Assembly: GCA_963727895.1 (NCBI GenBank)
Contig: CAVSHT010000003.1
Location: forward strand, 96,001 to 160,000
Source of the DNA: an uncultured Methanosarcinaceae archaeon
Lineage (GTDB): Archaea > Halobacteriota > Methanosarcinia > Methanosarcinales > Methanosarcinaceae
Direction: 5' to 3'
Length of the DNA: 64,000 bases
The position numbers and the translations under genes were made by a program. Positions 45,001-55,534 of this stretch are shown in pieces. Under the pieces are notes generated by a model. It worked only from the letters and a program-made list of their open reading frames with translations, ran no database searches and had not been told where the DNA came from. Every line of letters starts with the position of its first letter. Position 1 is the first letter of the stretch.

Positions 45001-45744
45001 TTCTTCTCAACCTTGCCAAAAAGTGCTTCAATATGCTGTTATATCCTTCAACAGTATACGTTTCTGCTTTTGATTGAGTATGGATCTTTTCTGGAAGAAA
45101 CTCTGCATATGCCCTCCAGTGATCTGTCATCACTTCTCCAATGTCTTTTTTCTTCAATTTTTCCCAGAGTAGTTTTCCAGTTTCTGTTCCTCTGCTACCA
45201 AAAGAGCAGTTGATGAACTTTTTTCCAACTCTATCAATAGCAATCCAGATCCAGCAATATTTTTTTTGTTACCGATGTAAGTGTGCATTTCATCCATTTC
45301 AACAATAGATATCTCATTTTCACTTTTTAGGTCCTCTAACTCCTGACCAAATTTCTTTATCCATCTTTGGACAGAAACATGACTCACCCCTAAAAATCGT
45401 CCTATTGAACGAAAGCCTAATCCTTCAAGGTAAAGTTGTAAAGCCTGTTTTTTAACAGAGGCGGAAAAAGCAGTTGATTTTAGCTCTACTGTATAGTTAT
45501 AGCCACAATCATGGCATTTGTAGCGTTGACGCCCGCCAACTATACCGTTCTTTTTGTAATTAGAACTATTGCATCTGGGGCAGTTCATGAAGAAATATAC
45601 TTTCTAATAGTATATAACTATTTTTGTTTACCAATGCCCATAAAAGAATTTGTCATGCCAAATACAACCAAAAAAGCTGTGGAAATTGGCTATTCTCTTC
45701 AAACGCCTATCAGGGATGACATCTTTAACTACTTAGTTGGGTAA
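42090..45744 (+). pseudogene. SauUSI-like PLD nuclease / SF2 helicase / DUF3427 protein, interrupted near its 3' end by IS1
   Basis: HTK (HxK) and SSNLT, ATGTGKT, DEVH, SAT, QQLGRGLR motifs. C-terminus resumes after the TSD (EFVMP...NYLVG* at 45744). Confidence 0.88.
44899..45638 (-). mobile_element. IS1-family element, 740 bp, perfect TSD CATAAAAG
   Basis: IRs and TSD read directly; ORFs 45154-45588 and 44906-45157. Confidence 0.97.
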
Positions 45745-46093
45745 CTTGCATAGACATTCAACTTGCCAGATTAACAAAAGTGATGTGTATATATCCGTTC
45801 TTCTGAAAAATCAATATTACAGTGAAGCTCTTTTGGAAAAAACGCTCTCCGACTTTTATTCTAACTTTAAGATACTTTGACCGTTCCTATTTTAACCCTA
45901 CTTCCCGCACTATTATAGGTATTAAGAAACAAACATAGGTATTAAGAAACAAACTTGAACTTTGGTATACAAATATAATTTTTAAAACTTGTTTGGACTT
46001 CTCTTCTTCTTCTGAGACTACACCTTTAAATCTCATCCCTCCCTTTTCTACCCCATAATATAACTCTTATAAATTTTATTTGGTGATTTTTTT

Positions 46094-48953
46094 ATGAAGA
46101 ATAGGCTTTACAAAGATTATCCTGATGATTTCGGGGAGCTTACTGTTGACGTTTTACATATGGATCTTGTGTTTGATGTTTATGATGACAGGACGAATGT
46201 GAAGTCCGTGCTCAAGGTCCGGACAAAGGATGCTCCTATAGAGAAGCTGGAACTAAACTGCAGAGACCTTGAGATCAGGGCTGTAAGCTGCTTCCAGTGC
46301 GAGGTTTCTTACAGATACCGGAAAGATGATGCGATTCTTGAAATCACCTTCAGGGACGAAATTCAACCGCATAAAGAGGTTTCTGTCATAACGGATACGG
46401 TTTGCAGGCCGACGCGAAATATCCTTGAAGGGCTTTATTACGACGAAACGCCGGCAGGTGCTCCTCCTCAGCAGATCACGCAGTGTCAGCAGTGGGGGTT
46501 CCAGAGAATTGTGCCTTGCATTGATGATATGGCCGCAAAATGTACTTACAAAACTACAATTATTGCGGATTCACGGTACACGAACCTCATTACGAATGGA
46601 GATGTCGTGGTTGAGAGGCATACCGTAAAGCCTGGGCGAGACAAAATCGTATATGATAACACAGTCACACCGATGGCAACTTATCTCTTTTTCCTGGGAG
46701 TTGGGACTTATGCAACTTTTAAACGGGAATTTGAGTACCCTGACGGAGGCACTTTCATGCTGGAACTGCTTGCGCCGCCTGAGTCAGATAAAGATGCAGC
46801 CGAAAAAGCACTTGACATTCTGCACGATGCTGTTATGTGGATTTACTTTTTCACAGGGCCTGAACAGTTCGATAAAGAGAAGCTGCCTGTCAGGAAAGAT
46901 CTCTGGGAACTTGTCCGCCTGAGAGAAAAGATAAAACTTGAGGCAAATCCTGAATCTAATCTGGAAGAACTTCAAAAAATAAGGGATAAGCTTGCCGAGC
47001 TTGACAGAACCATCAGTCCTGGATACAGGTACACGGGTACAGTATACAGAGAAATCGGAATGCAGAACTCAGATTTCGGAGGCATGGAAAACGTAGGGAA
47101 TACAACCATCACCACAAACCGCATAATGCCTTTTCCGCAGATTACTGATCCTGCTTTTGAATATATGGCCAGAGTTAAGGTTCACGAATATTACCATAAT
47201 CAGAATGGGTCAGAGGTCACAGGACAAAGCCCGTTTGAGATCTGGCTTAACGAAGCCGTAACAGTTCATATTGAAGAACAGCATCATGCGTTCCTCTTTG
47301 GCGAGGATTACGACAGGCTTGACAGGGTGCTTGAACTGCTTGCACCGGCTTCAGGTACATTTGCCCTGGATTCCGGGGCAGCTTCCATGCCAATAATTCC
47401 TGAAGGCTTTAACGATCCAAATGACCTGATTACCGCAGTCACTTACGTAAAAGCTCCGGAATACGTGCGTATGGTTGAGACTCTTATAGGCAAAGATACT
47501 TTTGTAAGAGGTCTTGACAGGTACTTTAAAAAGTTCAAGCATTCCAATGCAACTACTCATGACTGGATTGAAGCTATGGAAGAAGAAAGCGGGCAGCCTT
47601 TAAAAGAAATGTCTGATACATGGCTGAGACAGATAAAGTTCCCAGTAGTTGAAGTTTCAGCTGAATACGATAAAGCTGCCAGAAAGTTCAAGTTCTTCGT
47701 CAAACAAAAAGTTCCAGAAGGCTTCATACCCTGGGAATTTCCGTTTAGGGCAGCTCTGGTTGATGAAAACGGAAACGATCTTGTCGAAATCCTGGAAAGA
47801 ATTTCAGGGGAGACTTCAGAGATTACGGTTGAAAATGTGGATATGCCAGCTTTCTTATCTCTCAACAGGGGCTATTCTTTCTACGGAAAACTCGTATACA
47901 GGGCAAGCAACGATGAGCTCATGAAGCAGGTAAGAAAAGACACTGATACCATCGGCAGGTTTACGGCCTTCTATACTCTTGTTGACAGGGAAAAACTCAG
48001 GCTTCTTAAAAATTCCGAAGCAAAGCCCTCTGAAGACTTTATCGAACTCTATTACAGGCTTCTCAATGACCGGCAGCTCCTCGAAAAAGCAGGAGGGCAG
48101 TTCCTGACCATTTTTGAATCTGTAGAAGATGAAGAGTTTGCCCACAGTTACCAGGAACTTTATGATGTTAAGACAGAAACTCCTGAAAGCCGTTGCCTGG
48201 AAGTACAGGAATTCTGTGATCTCTGCCTATCGTTTCTTTGAAGACGCCTCGGTCCCCAGGGATTCAACTCTTGAGGAGACAGCAAGAGTAATCAAAAACA
48301 GGCAGGCTAAAAATGTCTGTCTTGGCATCCTTGCAACTCTTGATACTCCTGAGATTCATGCAATGATAAAACAGCAGTTCGAAACTGCAACCTGTGCAAC
48401 GGACCGGCTGAGCGCATTTGCTGCATACCTGAACAGTTCGGCGCCCGACAAAATTGAAGTCCTGAGAGCCTTTGAAGCGGAGTCAAAGAAAAATCTCGTT
48501 GCCTGGGAAGCTTTCCTCTCTGTAATAGGAAGCAACAGCAGCATTGACGCAGTGGAACTCGTAAGGGAAATGGAAAGGTCAGACGCTTTCAGGATCGAGC
48601 AGACAAATGACCAGCGTGCCCTTTATGGAAGCTTTGCCCGCAACCGGAAAAAATCACTTCAGACCGAGGAAGGCAGGGCTCTCTTTGCAGAAATCCTGAG
48701 AAAACTTGCTCCTGTAAACGAATACACTACAGTCAATTTGCTCAATGCTTTTGCAAATATAGACCTGATGGAGACAAAATACCATATTCCACTGGTAAAT
48801 ATCCTGGCAGACCTTCTCGGAGAACTTGACTCTCAGAAGTTCCCAAGTGTGTACAACAGAATACGAAAACTTCTGCTGGGAGCTCCTAAAGCTGTCAAAA
48901 CATACAGTATAGAGCATGGAGAAATTCCGGGTCTGAATCCGGAAAAGAAATAA
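46094..48953 (+). pseudogene. pepN: M1 aminopeptidase N with one frameshift near 48170
   Basis: GGMEN and HEYYH-x18-E motifs; ORFs 46094-48241 and 48129-48953 join if one base is removed at GTTAAGACAG. Confidence 0.88.
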
Positions 48954-49192
48954 AATTTTTCGGAGAAACAGGTTATTCAAAAGCATTAGTTCGGAATAAT
49001 CGAGCACTATAAACAAAATAAGGTAATTCCGACGGATCTGGAAATAAAGGATTTCGGAAATGAAAAATCTGAAAATACCCCTATCTTTCCGGAAATTTGT
49101 TTTTGTACCTATTCAATGATATTCTGATTTTTTTGCTTCAAATTTTCCTTCTGATCTCTAGAATCGCTTCTCAGGTTATATTCCCGTAAAAA

Positions 49193-49580
49193 AACAGTTT
49201 ATCTCATTTGGAGATATTTACTGAAATTATTTACTGAATATATTGAGTTTTGAAATTGAATTTTAAAATCAAATACAGGAAGAATATTGGCTTTGATACT
49301 TAAACATAGATATATATTATTAAACAGTTCTATCTCATTTGGAGATATTTACTGAAATTATTTACTGAATATATTGAGTTTTGAAATTGAATTTTAAAAT
49401 CAAATACAGGAAGAATATTGGCTTTGATACTTAAACATAGATATATATTATTAAACAGTTCTATCTCATTTGGAGATATTTACTGAAATTATTTACTGAA
49501 TATATTGAGTTTTGAAATTGAATTTTAAAATCAAATACAGGAAGAATATTGGCTTTGATACATAAACATAGATATATATG
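49193..49580. repeat. 3 x 131-bp tandem repeat, each unit ending in an IS1 left end
   Basis: ATCTCATTTGGAG at 49201, 49332 and 49463; GGCTTTGATAC at 49289, 49420 and 49551. Confidence 0.95.
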
Positions 49581-50290
49581 CTTATAACTGATATTTCTTC
49601 ATGAACTGCCCCAGATGCAATAGTTCTAATTACAAAAAGAATGGTATAGTTGGCGGGCGTCAACGCTACAAATGCCATGATTGTGGCTATAACTATACAG
49701 TAGAGCTAAAATCAACTGCTTTTTCCGCCTCTGTTAAAAAACAGGCTTTACAACTTTACCTTGAAGGATTAGGCTTTCGTTCAATAGGACGATTTTTAGG
49801 GGTGAGTCATGTTTCTGTCCAAAGATGGATAAAGAAATTTGGTCAGGAGCTAGAGGACCTAAAAAGTGAAAATGAGATATCTATTGTTGAAATGGATGAA
49901 ATGCACACTTACATCGGTAACAAAAAAAATATTGCTGGATCTGGATTGCTATTGATAGAGTTGGAAAAAAGTTCATCAACTGCTCTTTTGGTAGCAGAGG
50001 AACGGAAACTGGAAAACTACTCTGGGAAAAATTGAAGAAAAAAGAGATTGGAGAAGTGATGACAGATCACTGGAGGGCATATGCAGAGTTTCTTCCAGAA
50101 AAGATCCATACTCAATCAAAAGCAGAAACGTATACTGTTGAAGGATATAACAGCATATTGAAGCACTTTTTGGCAAGGTTGAGAAGAAAGACAAAGTGTT
50201 ATACAAAAAGTCTTGAAATGCTAAAGTACTTGGTTATTCTATTGATGAAATACAGAAATAAAAAGTTAACTATGTTTAGTTAACAATACC
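49551..50290 (+). mobile_element. IS1-family element, 740 bp, TSD AGAATATT
   Basis: IRs and TSD read directly; ORFs 49601-50035 and 50032-50283. Confidence 0.97.
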
Positions 50291-50458
50291 AGAATATTTA
50301 TTCCAGAGATAATAAATCTAATCAGGAAGCTTTTTTGGAGTTCAATACAGGAAGCTTTTTATTGATTTCAATATTTGGTTTTTAAGGGGGGATTAAAAGG
50401 ACATTTCAATATTTTGAAGGCTTGTTAATCGAGGCATTCTCTTTCTCTATTCAATATC

Positions 50459-50734
50459 ATGGGCTCTTTTCTCATAATATACGGTGGCATCAGGTCAATG
50501 TTTGGGGTTTTTCTCATTGAAGTTTTAAAGAAACCTCAAAGCTATCAGGAAGTAAGAAAAGAGCTTACAAACAAAATCGTCTTTGGACTTGAATTTTTCA
50601 TTGCAGCCGATGTTCTTGAAACAGTACGAAATCCTTCTCAGGAAGAACTGCTTCTGCTTGGTATGGTCGTATTGATAAGGACAGTTCTTGGTTATTTCCT
50701 CAGCAAGGAAGTTGTGGAATGTCAGCTTGATTGA
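50459..50734 (+). CDS. DUF1622-like membrane protein (5' end possibly frameshifted)
   Basis: GLEFFIAADVLETV..PS...L..L...VLIRTVLGYFL..E pattern. Confidence 0.8.
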   Translation: MGSFLIIYGGIRSMFGVFLIEVLKKPQSYQEVRKELTNKIVFGLEFFIAADVLETVRNPSQEELLLLGMVVLIRTVLGYFLSKEVVECQLD

Positions 50735-51027
50735 AACACAGTTGTGGAATACTAGCGATTGAAACATGGTTGAAACATTGAAATCCTTCAAGATGGTATT
50801 TCTGTCGCTACGGAAATATTATTAAGTCTAAGTACAGTACAACTCTAAAAACAGTATGATTTAAAAGCAATTAAAGTGTAAGGATACAAAATATTATTAA
50901 ACTCTAATATTATACTATTCGAAATCCAGATTATGCTGCCTAAACTCGGGCTATGCTAACACTAGTCAGTATGAGTAAAACCCGGAATCCAAAAAATTCA
51001 AAATTATCAGATACAGGAGACAATTTA

Positions 51028-52245
51028 ATGTATCATCTCAAATGTATCGAATGCGATGCAGAGTATTCCAAAGATGAAGTAATCTATACATGCAGCAAAT
51101 GTGATGGGCTGCTTGACGTTATTTATGACTACTCCTCAATAAAAATTGATATGGAAAAACTGAAGACTGAGTGCCCTTCGGTCTGGAAGTATGCAAAACT
51201 TCTTCCTATAGAAAGAGAGCCTATAACAATTCGGGAAGGTGGGACTCCTCTCTATAAATGTGACCGTCTGGCCAAAAAAATAGGGATTAAAGAGCTCTAT
51301 GTAAAGCACGAAGGTATGAATCCAACAGGTTCATTTAAGGACAGAGGAATGACTGTCGGGGTTACAAAAGCACTTGAACTGGGCATGAACACTGTTGCCT
51401 GTGCATCTACAGGAAACACATCTGCAGCTCTTGCAATCTACGGAGCAAAAGCCGGAATTCCTGTAATTGTACTTTTGCCTGCGGGAAAAGTTGCTCTTGG
51501 AAAAGTTGCTCAGGCTCTCATGCATGGAGCAAAAGTTCTCAGCATTCGCGGAAATTTTGACGACGCACTTGCTCTTGTGCGTACTCTCTGTTCCCAGGAG
51601 AAAATTTATCTCTTAAACTCAATCAACCCTTACAGACTGGAAGGTCAGAAGACCATCGGTTTTGAGATTGCAGACCAGCTCGGTTTCAAGGTACCTGACA
51701 GAGTTGTCCTGCCTGTCGGAAACGCAGGAAATATTACAGCCATTTGGAAGGGTTTCAGGGAATTTAAGACACTCGGTATAACTGATTCGCTTCCTAAGAT
51801 GACTGGAATCCAGGCTGCAGGCTCCTGTCCGATTGTAAAAGCCATAAAGGATGGAGCTCCTGATATCACTCCTGAAGAAAACCCCGAAACCGTTGCAACT
51901 GCAATCAGAATAGGAAATCCTGTTAACGCGAGAAAAGCTCTTGCTGCCATAAGGGATTCCAATGGGACTGCAGAATCCGTAACAGACGAAGAAATCCTTG
52001 CAGCTCAGAAAGACCTTGCAAGGCTTGAAGGCATAGGTGTTGAACCTGCAAGTGCAACCTCGGTTGCAGGGCTTAAGAAACTGGTTGATATGGGAGTAAT
52101 AAGCAGAGACGAGACTGTTGTCTGCATTACCACAGGACACCTGCTTAAAGACCCGCAGACTGTAATTGATGTCTGCGAAGAGCCTACTGTTGTGGATGCA
52201 AATATTGGCGCAATCAGGGAAGCTATCTTCGGAAAGGCAAAATAA
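51028..52245 (+). CDS. thrC: Threonine synthase
   Basis: N-terminal Zn ribbon; NPTGSFKDRG, ASTGNTS, PVGNAGN and TGHLLKD motifs. Confidence 0.97.
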   Translation: MYHLKCIECDAEYSKDEVIYTCSKCDGLLDVIYDYSSIKIDMEKLKTECPSVWKYAKLLPIEREPITIREGGTPLYKCDRLAKKIGIKELYVKHEGMNPTGSFKDRGMTVGVTKALELGMNTVACASTGNTSAALAIYGAKAGIPVIVLLPAGKVALGKVAQALMHGAKVLSIRGNFDDALALVRTLCSQEKIYLLNSINPYRLEGQKTIGFEIADQLGFKVPDRVVLPVGNAGNITAIWKGFREFKTLGITDSLPKMTGIQAAGSCPIVKAIKDGAPDITPEENPETVATAIRIGNPVNARKALAAIRDSNGTAESVTDEEILAAQKDLARLEGIGVEPASATSVAGLKKLVDMGVISRDETVVCITTGHLLKDPQTVIDVCEEPTVVDANIGAIREAIFGKAK

Positions 52246-52438
52246 ACATGAAAAACGGATAACAGTTAAAAGGTTTATCGAACCGAAATCCGGCTCCTTT
52301 AATCCTTATAGGTTTCTTTATACGGCTTAAAGCTATTAGAAACCATTTACTGTTATTTACATTTTTTATAGTTGTATTTAATTTTTTCAATTGAACCAAG
52401 TTTTTAAAAATCAGAACAATCGATGGGCGTGTACACGA

Positions 52439-55342
52439 ATGGAGCAGGATTATAAGCCTCACGAGATCGAAAAGAAATGGCAGAAAAAGTGGAATGAAAG
52501 CCAGATTTTTCAGGCTGAGCCCGATAAGCGAGAAAAGTTTTTTATCACTATCCCTTACCCTTACCTGAACGGGAATCTTCATGCGGGACATACCAGGACT
52601 TTCACCATAGGTGACGTTGTTGCAAGACACAAAAGGATGCTCGGGTACAATGTTCTTTATCCAATGGGCTTCCATGTTACAGGCACACCAATTGTGGGGC
52701 TTGCCGAACTTATTGCAAATCGGGACCCTCAGACAATGGACGTTTATGAACGTCTTCATGGAATTCCCGGAGATATCCTGCCAACCCTTGATACCCCGGA
52801 AAAGATTGTTGATTACTTCAAGCTTGAAGCTGAAAAAGCTATGCGAATGATCGGTTACTCCATTGACTGGAGACGTAAATTTACAACAACTGATCCTACA
52901 TATAAAAAGTTCATTGAATGGCAGTATATTCGTCTTGGAGAAAAGGGACTGATCGTTAAAGGTTCTCATCCTGTAAAATGGTGTCCTAATGATAATAATC
53001 CTGTAGAGGACCACGATATTCTGCATGGAGAAGAAGCTACCATTGTTGAATATACGCTGATCAAGTTCCGATATAAAGACCTGGTTCTACCCTGTGCAAC
53101 CCTCAGGCCAGAAACAACATATGGTGTAACTAATCTGTGGATCAATCCTGATGTAACTTATGTAAAAATAAAAGTCACGCAGGAAGAAAGTGAAGAGTTC
53201 TGGGTTGTCAGTAAGGAAGCTTTCAGAAAACTGACTTTCACAGACCGGACAGTGGAATATATTGAGGACATACCTGCAAAATCCATAATAGGACTAAAAC
53301 TCACAAATCCGGTAACTGGAGACGAAATAATCTCTCTTCCTGCATCTTTTGTCAGGCCTGAAAACGGAAGCGGAATAGTAATGAGCGTTCCTGCTCACGC
53401 ACCTTTTGACTACCTGGCACTTCGAGATCTTTACGATGCTGACCTGAGCGAATACGAAATAACCGAAGATCTCAGAAATATCAAACTGATTTCCCTTATC
53501 AAGGTCCCAGAATTTGGAGAATTCCCTGCAAAAGAAATCGTAGAAGATATGGGAATAATAAGCCAGAAAGACCAGAAAGCCGAGGAAGCTACAAAAATTG
53601 TGTACAGAAGGGAGTTCCACGGTGGAGTCCTTAAGGAACTTACAGGAAAATATGAAGGGCAGGCTGTCTCCAAAATAAAGGATATTCTTACCAGGGATTT
53701 TGTCAGTTCAAATGTAGGAGAGACATTTTATGAATTTAGTGAACCTGTAGTTTGTCGCTGCGGTACTCCCTGTGTTGTAAATATGGTGAAAGGTCAGTGG
53801 TTCCTTAATTATTCAAACCCTGAGTGGAAAGCAAAAGTGTATAAATGCCTCGCTGAGATGCGAATTATTCCTGAAGAATACAGGGTTGAATTTGAAAACA
53901 AGGTTGACTGGCTTAAGGATAAAGCCTGTGCTCGCAGAAAAGGTCTTGGAACCCATCTTCCCTTTGATAAAGAATGGCTGATTGAATCTCTTGGAGATTC
54001 GACAATTTATATGAGCTATTATATCCTTGCCAGGTTTATTGAAAGTGGAGAGCTGAAAATTGAAAATCTTACCCTTTCGTTCTTTGATTACGTCCTGCTT
54101 GGAAAGGGAGATTCTACAGCAGCCAGCGCGGATACTGGTCTCAGCCCAGAGCTTCTTGAGGAAATCCGCAGACATTTCAACTACTGGTATCCGGTTGACC
54201 TGCGCTCTTCAGGAAAAGACCTTGTCCCGAACCATCTGCTCTTTTTCCTCTTCCATCATGTAGCTCTCTTTGAGGAAGATAAGTGGCCGAAAGCTCTTGC
54301 AGTAAACGGTTTTGTCTCACTTGAAGGACAGAAAATGAGCAAATCCAAAGGTCCGATTCTTACATTGGAAAGTGCAGTCAGTACTTACGGTGCTGATATA
54401 ACAAGAATGTATATCCTTTCCACAGCCGAGCAGACGCAGGACGCAGACTGGCAGAAGACCGGAATTGAATCTGCCAGAAGACAGATAGACAGGTTCTATT
54501 CTTTTGCAAAGGATGTTATAGAAAGCGGAAAACGTGCAGACCTTAGCACGGAGCTGAAAGAAATCGACCGCTGGATACTTTCAAGAATGCAGAATTATAT
54601 TAGGGAGACGAATTCAGCTCTCTATTCTATACAGACAAGGGAAGCAATACAGAATTCTTTCTTCTTGCTAATAAACGATATCAGATGGTACCAGAGAAGA
54701 GGCGGAGAGACCCTGCTTTATTATGTGCTGGACAACTGGGTCAGGCTTATGTCTCCTTTCACTCCACATCTATGTGAGGAAATCTGGGAATCAATGGGTC
54801 ATGAGGATTCCATTTCTCTTGCCCAATATCCGCTTTATAATGAAGATCTAATAGATGACGGGACGGAACTTGCTGAAGAAATGATTAAGGGAACTCTGGA
54901 AGATGTAGAGGAGATTATAAGAGTAACAAAAATGACTCCGCAAAAAGTTCATCTCTACACTGCCCCTGCATGGAAAGCTGAAGCTATCAGGTGTGCCTGC
55001 GAAATGCAGATTGAATGCTCACTGGAGGTTGGAACTCTTATTAAAAAGCTGATGGCAACTCCTGAATTCAAGTGCTTTGGCAAGGAAATTCCTAAGTTCG
55101 TAAAGAAGATCGTCCCTGAGTTCAAAAGTGGAAGTGTAGATAGGTATGAAATATTTACAGGCCCTGGCATTGATGAATATGCTCTTTTGAAAGAGTCAGT
55201 TTCATTCCTAGAAAAAGAAATTGGCTGCTCTGTTGAAGTTTACAGTGCCGATTCTCCAGCCTTTGATCCTGAAAAGAAATCAAGGTTTGCAGAACCCCTC
55301 AGGCCGGCAATTTATATTGAGCAGGTGAAGACAGAGGAATAA
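52439..55342 (+). CDS. leuS: Leucyl-tRNA synthetase (archaeal type)
   Basis: PYPYLNG.LHAGH, TLRPET and KMSKS motifs. Confidence 0.97.
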   Translation: MEQDYKPHEIEKKWQKKWNESQIFQAEPDKREKFFITIPYPYLNGNLHAGHTRTFTIGDVVARHKRMLGYNVLYPMGFHVTGTPIVGLAELIANRDPQTMDVYERLHGIPGDILPTLDTPEKIVDYFKLEAEKAMRMIGYSIDWRRKFTTTDPTYKKFIEWQYIRLGEKGLIVKGSHPVKWCPNDNNPVEDHDILHGEEATIVEYTLIKFRYKDLVLPCATLRPETTYGVTNLWINPDVTYVKIKVTQEESEEFWVVSKEAFRKLTFTDRTVEYIEDIPAKSIIGLKLTNPVTGDEIISLPASFVRPENGSGIVMSVPAHAPFDYLALRDLYDADLSEYEITEDLRNIKLISLIKVPEFGEFPAKEIVEDMGIISQKDQKAEEATKIVYRREFHGGVLKELTGKYEGQAVSKIKDILTRDFVSSNVGETFYEFSEPVVCRCGTPCVVNMVKGQWFLNYSNPEWKAKVYKCLAEMRIIPEEYRVEFENKVDWLKDKACARRKGLGTHLPFDKEWLIESLGDSTIYMSYYILARFIESGELKIENLTLSFFDYVLLGKGDSTAASADTGLSPELLEEIRRHFNYWYPVDLRSSGKDLVPNHLLFFLFHHVALFEEDKWPKALAVNGFVSLEGQKMSKSKGPILTLESAVSTYGADITRMYILSTAEQTQDADWQKTGIESARRQIDRFYSFAKDVIESGKRADLSTELKEIDRWILSRMQNYIRETNSALYSIQTREAIQNSFFLLINDIRWYQRRGGETLLYYVLDNWVRLMSPFTPHLCEEIWESMGHEDSISLAQYPLYNEDLIDDGTELAEEMIKGTLEDVEEIIRVTKMTPQKVHLYTAPAWKAEAIRCACEMQIECSLEVGTLIKKLMATPEFKCFGKEIPKFVKKIVPEFKSGSVDRYEIFTGPGIDEYALLKESVSFLEKEIGCSVEVYSADSPAFDPEKKSRFAEPLRPAIYIEQVKTEE

Positions 55343-55534
55343 AAAGACAAATCAAAAGGAGAATTTCTTAAAAGATTCAGATGGCTTTAACTGAATGAAC
55401 GAAATTACATAGAGGGAACTTATATTCCCTCAAATTCTTTTTCTGCGCTTTTGAAATATTCTATTCTTCGGAAACGTGAGTGTTTATTCTGCACCCTTAA
55501 AACAGATAGAAATCTACAAAATAGATTATATAAA

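Noticed and set aside
49193..49580. Possible CRISPR array
   Set aside because: Units are near-identical 131-mers with no unique spacers, and there are no cas genes.
50953..51027. N-terminal extensions of thrC (and radA 20095, leuS 52391)
   Set aside because: Downstream ATGs fit the RBS position and/or family N-termini better.
52223..53026. 267-aa minus-strand ORF, and other antisense ORFs over radA, thrC, pepN and hmgA
   Set aside because: Antisense to well-supported genes and no recognisable motifs.
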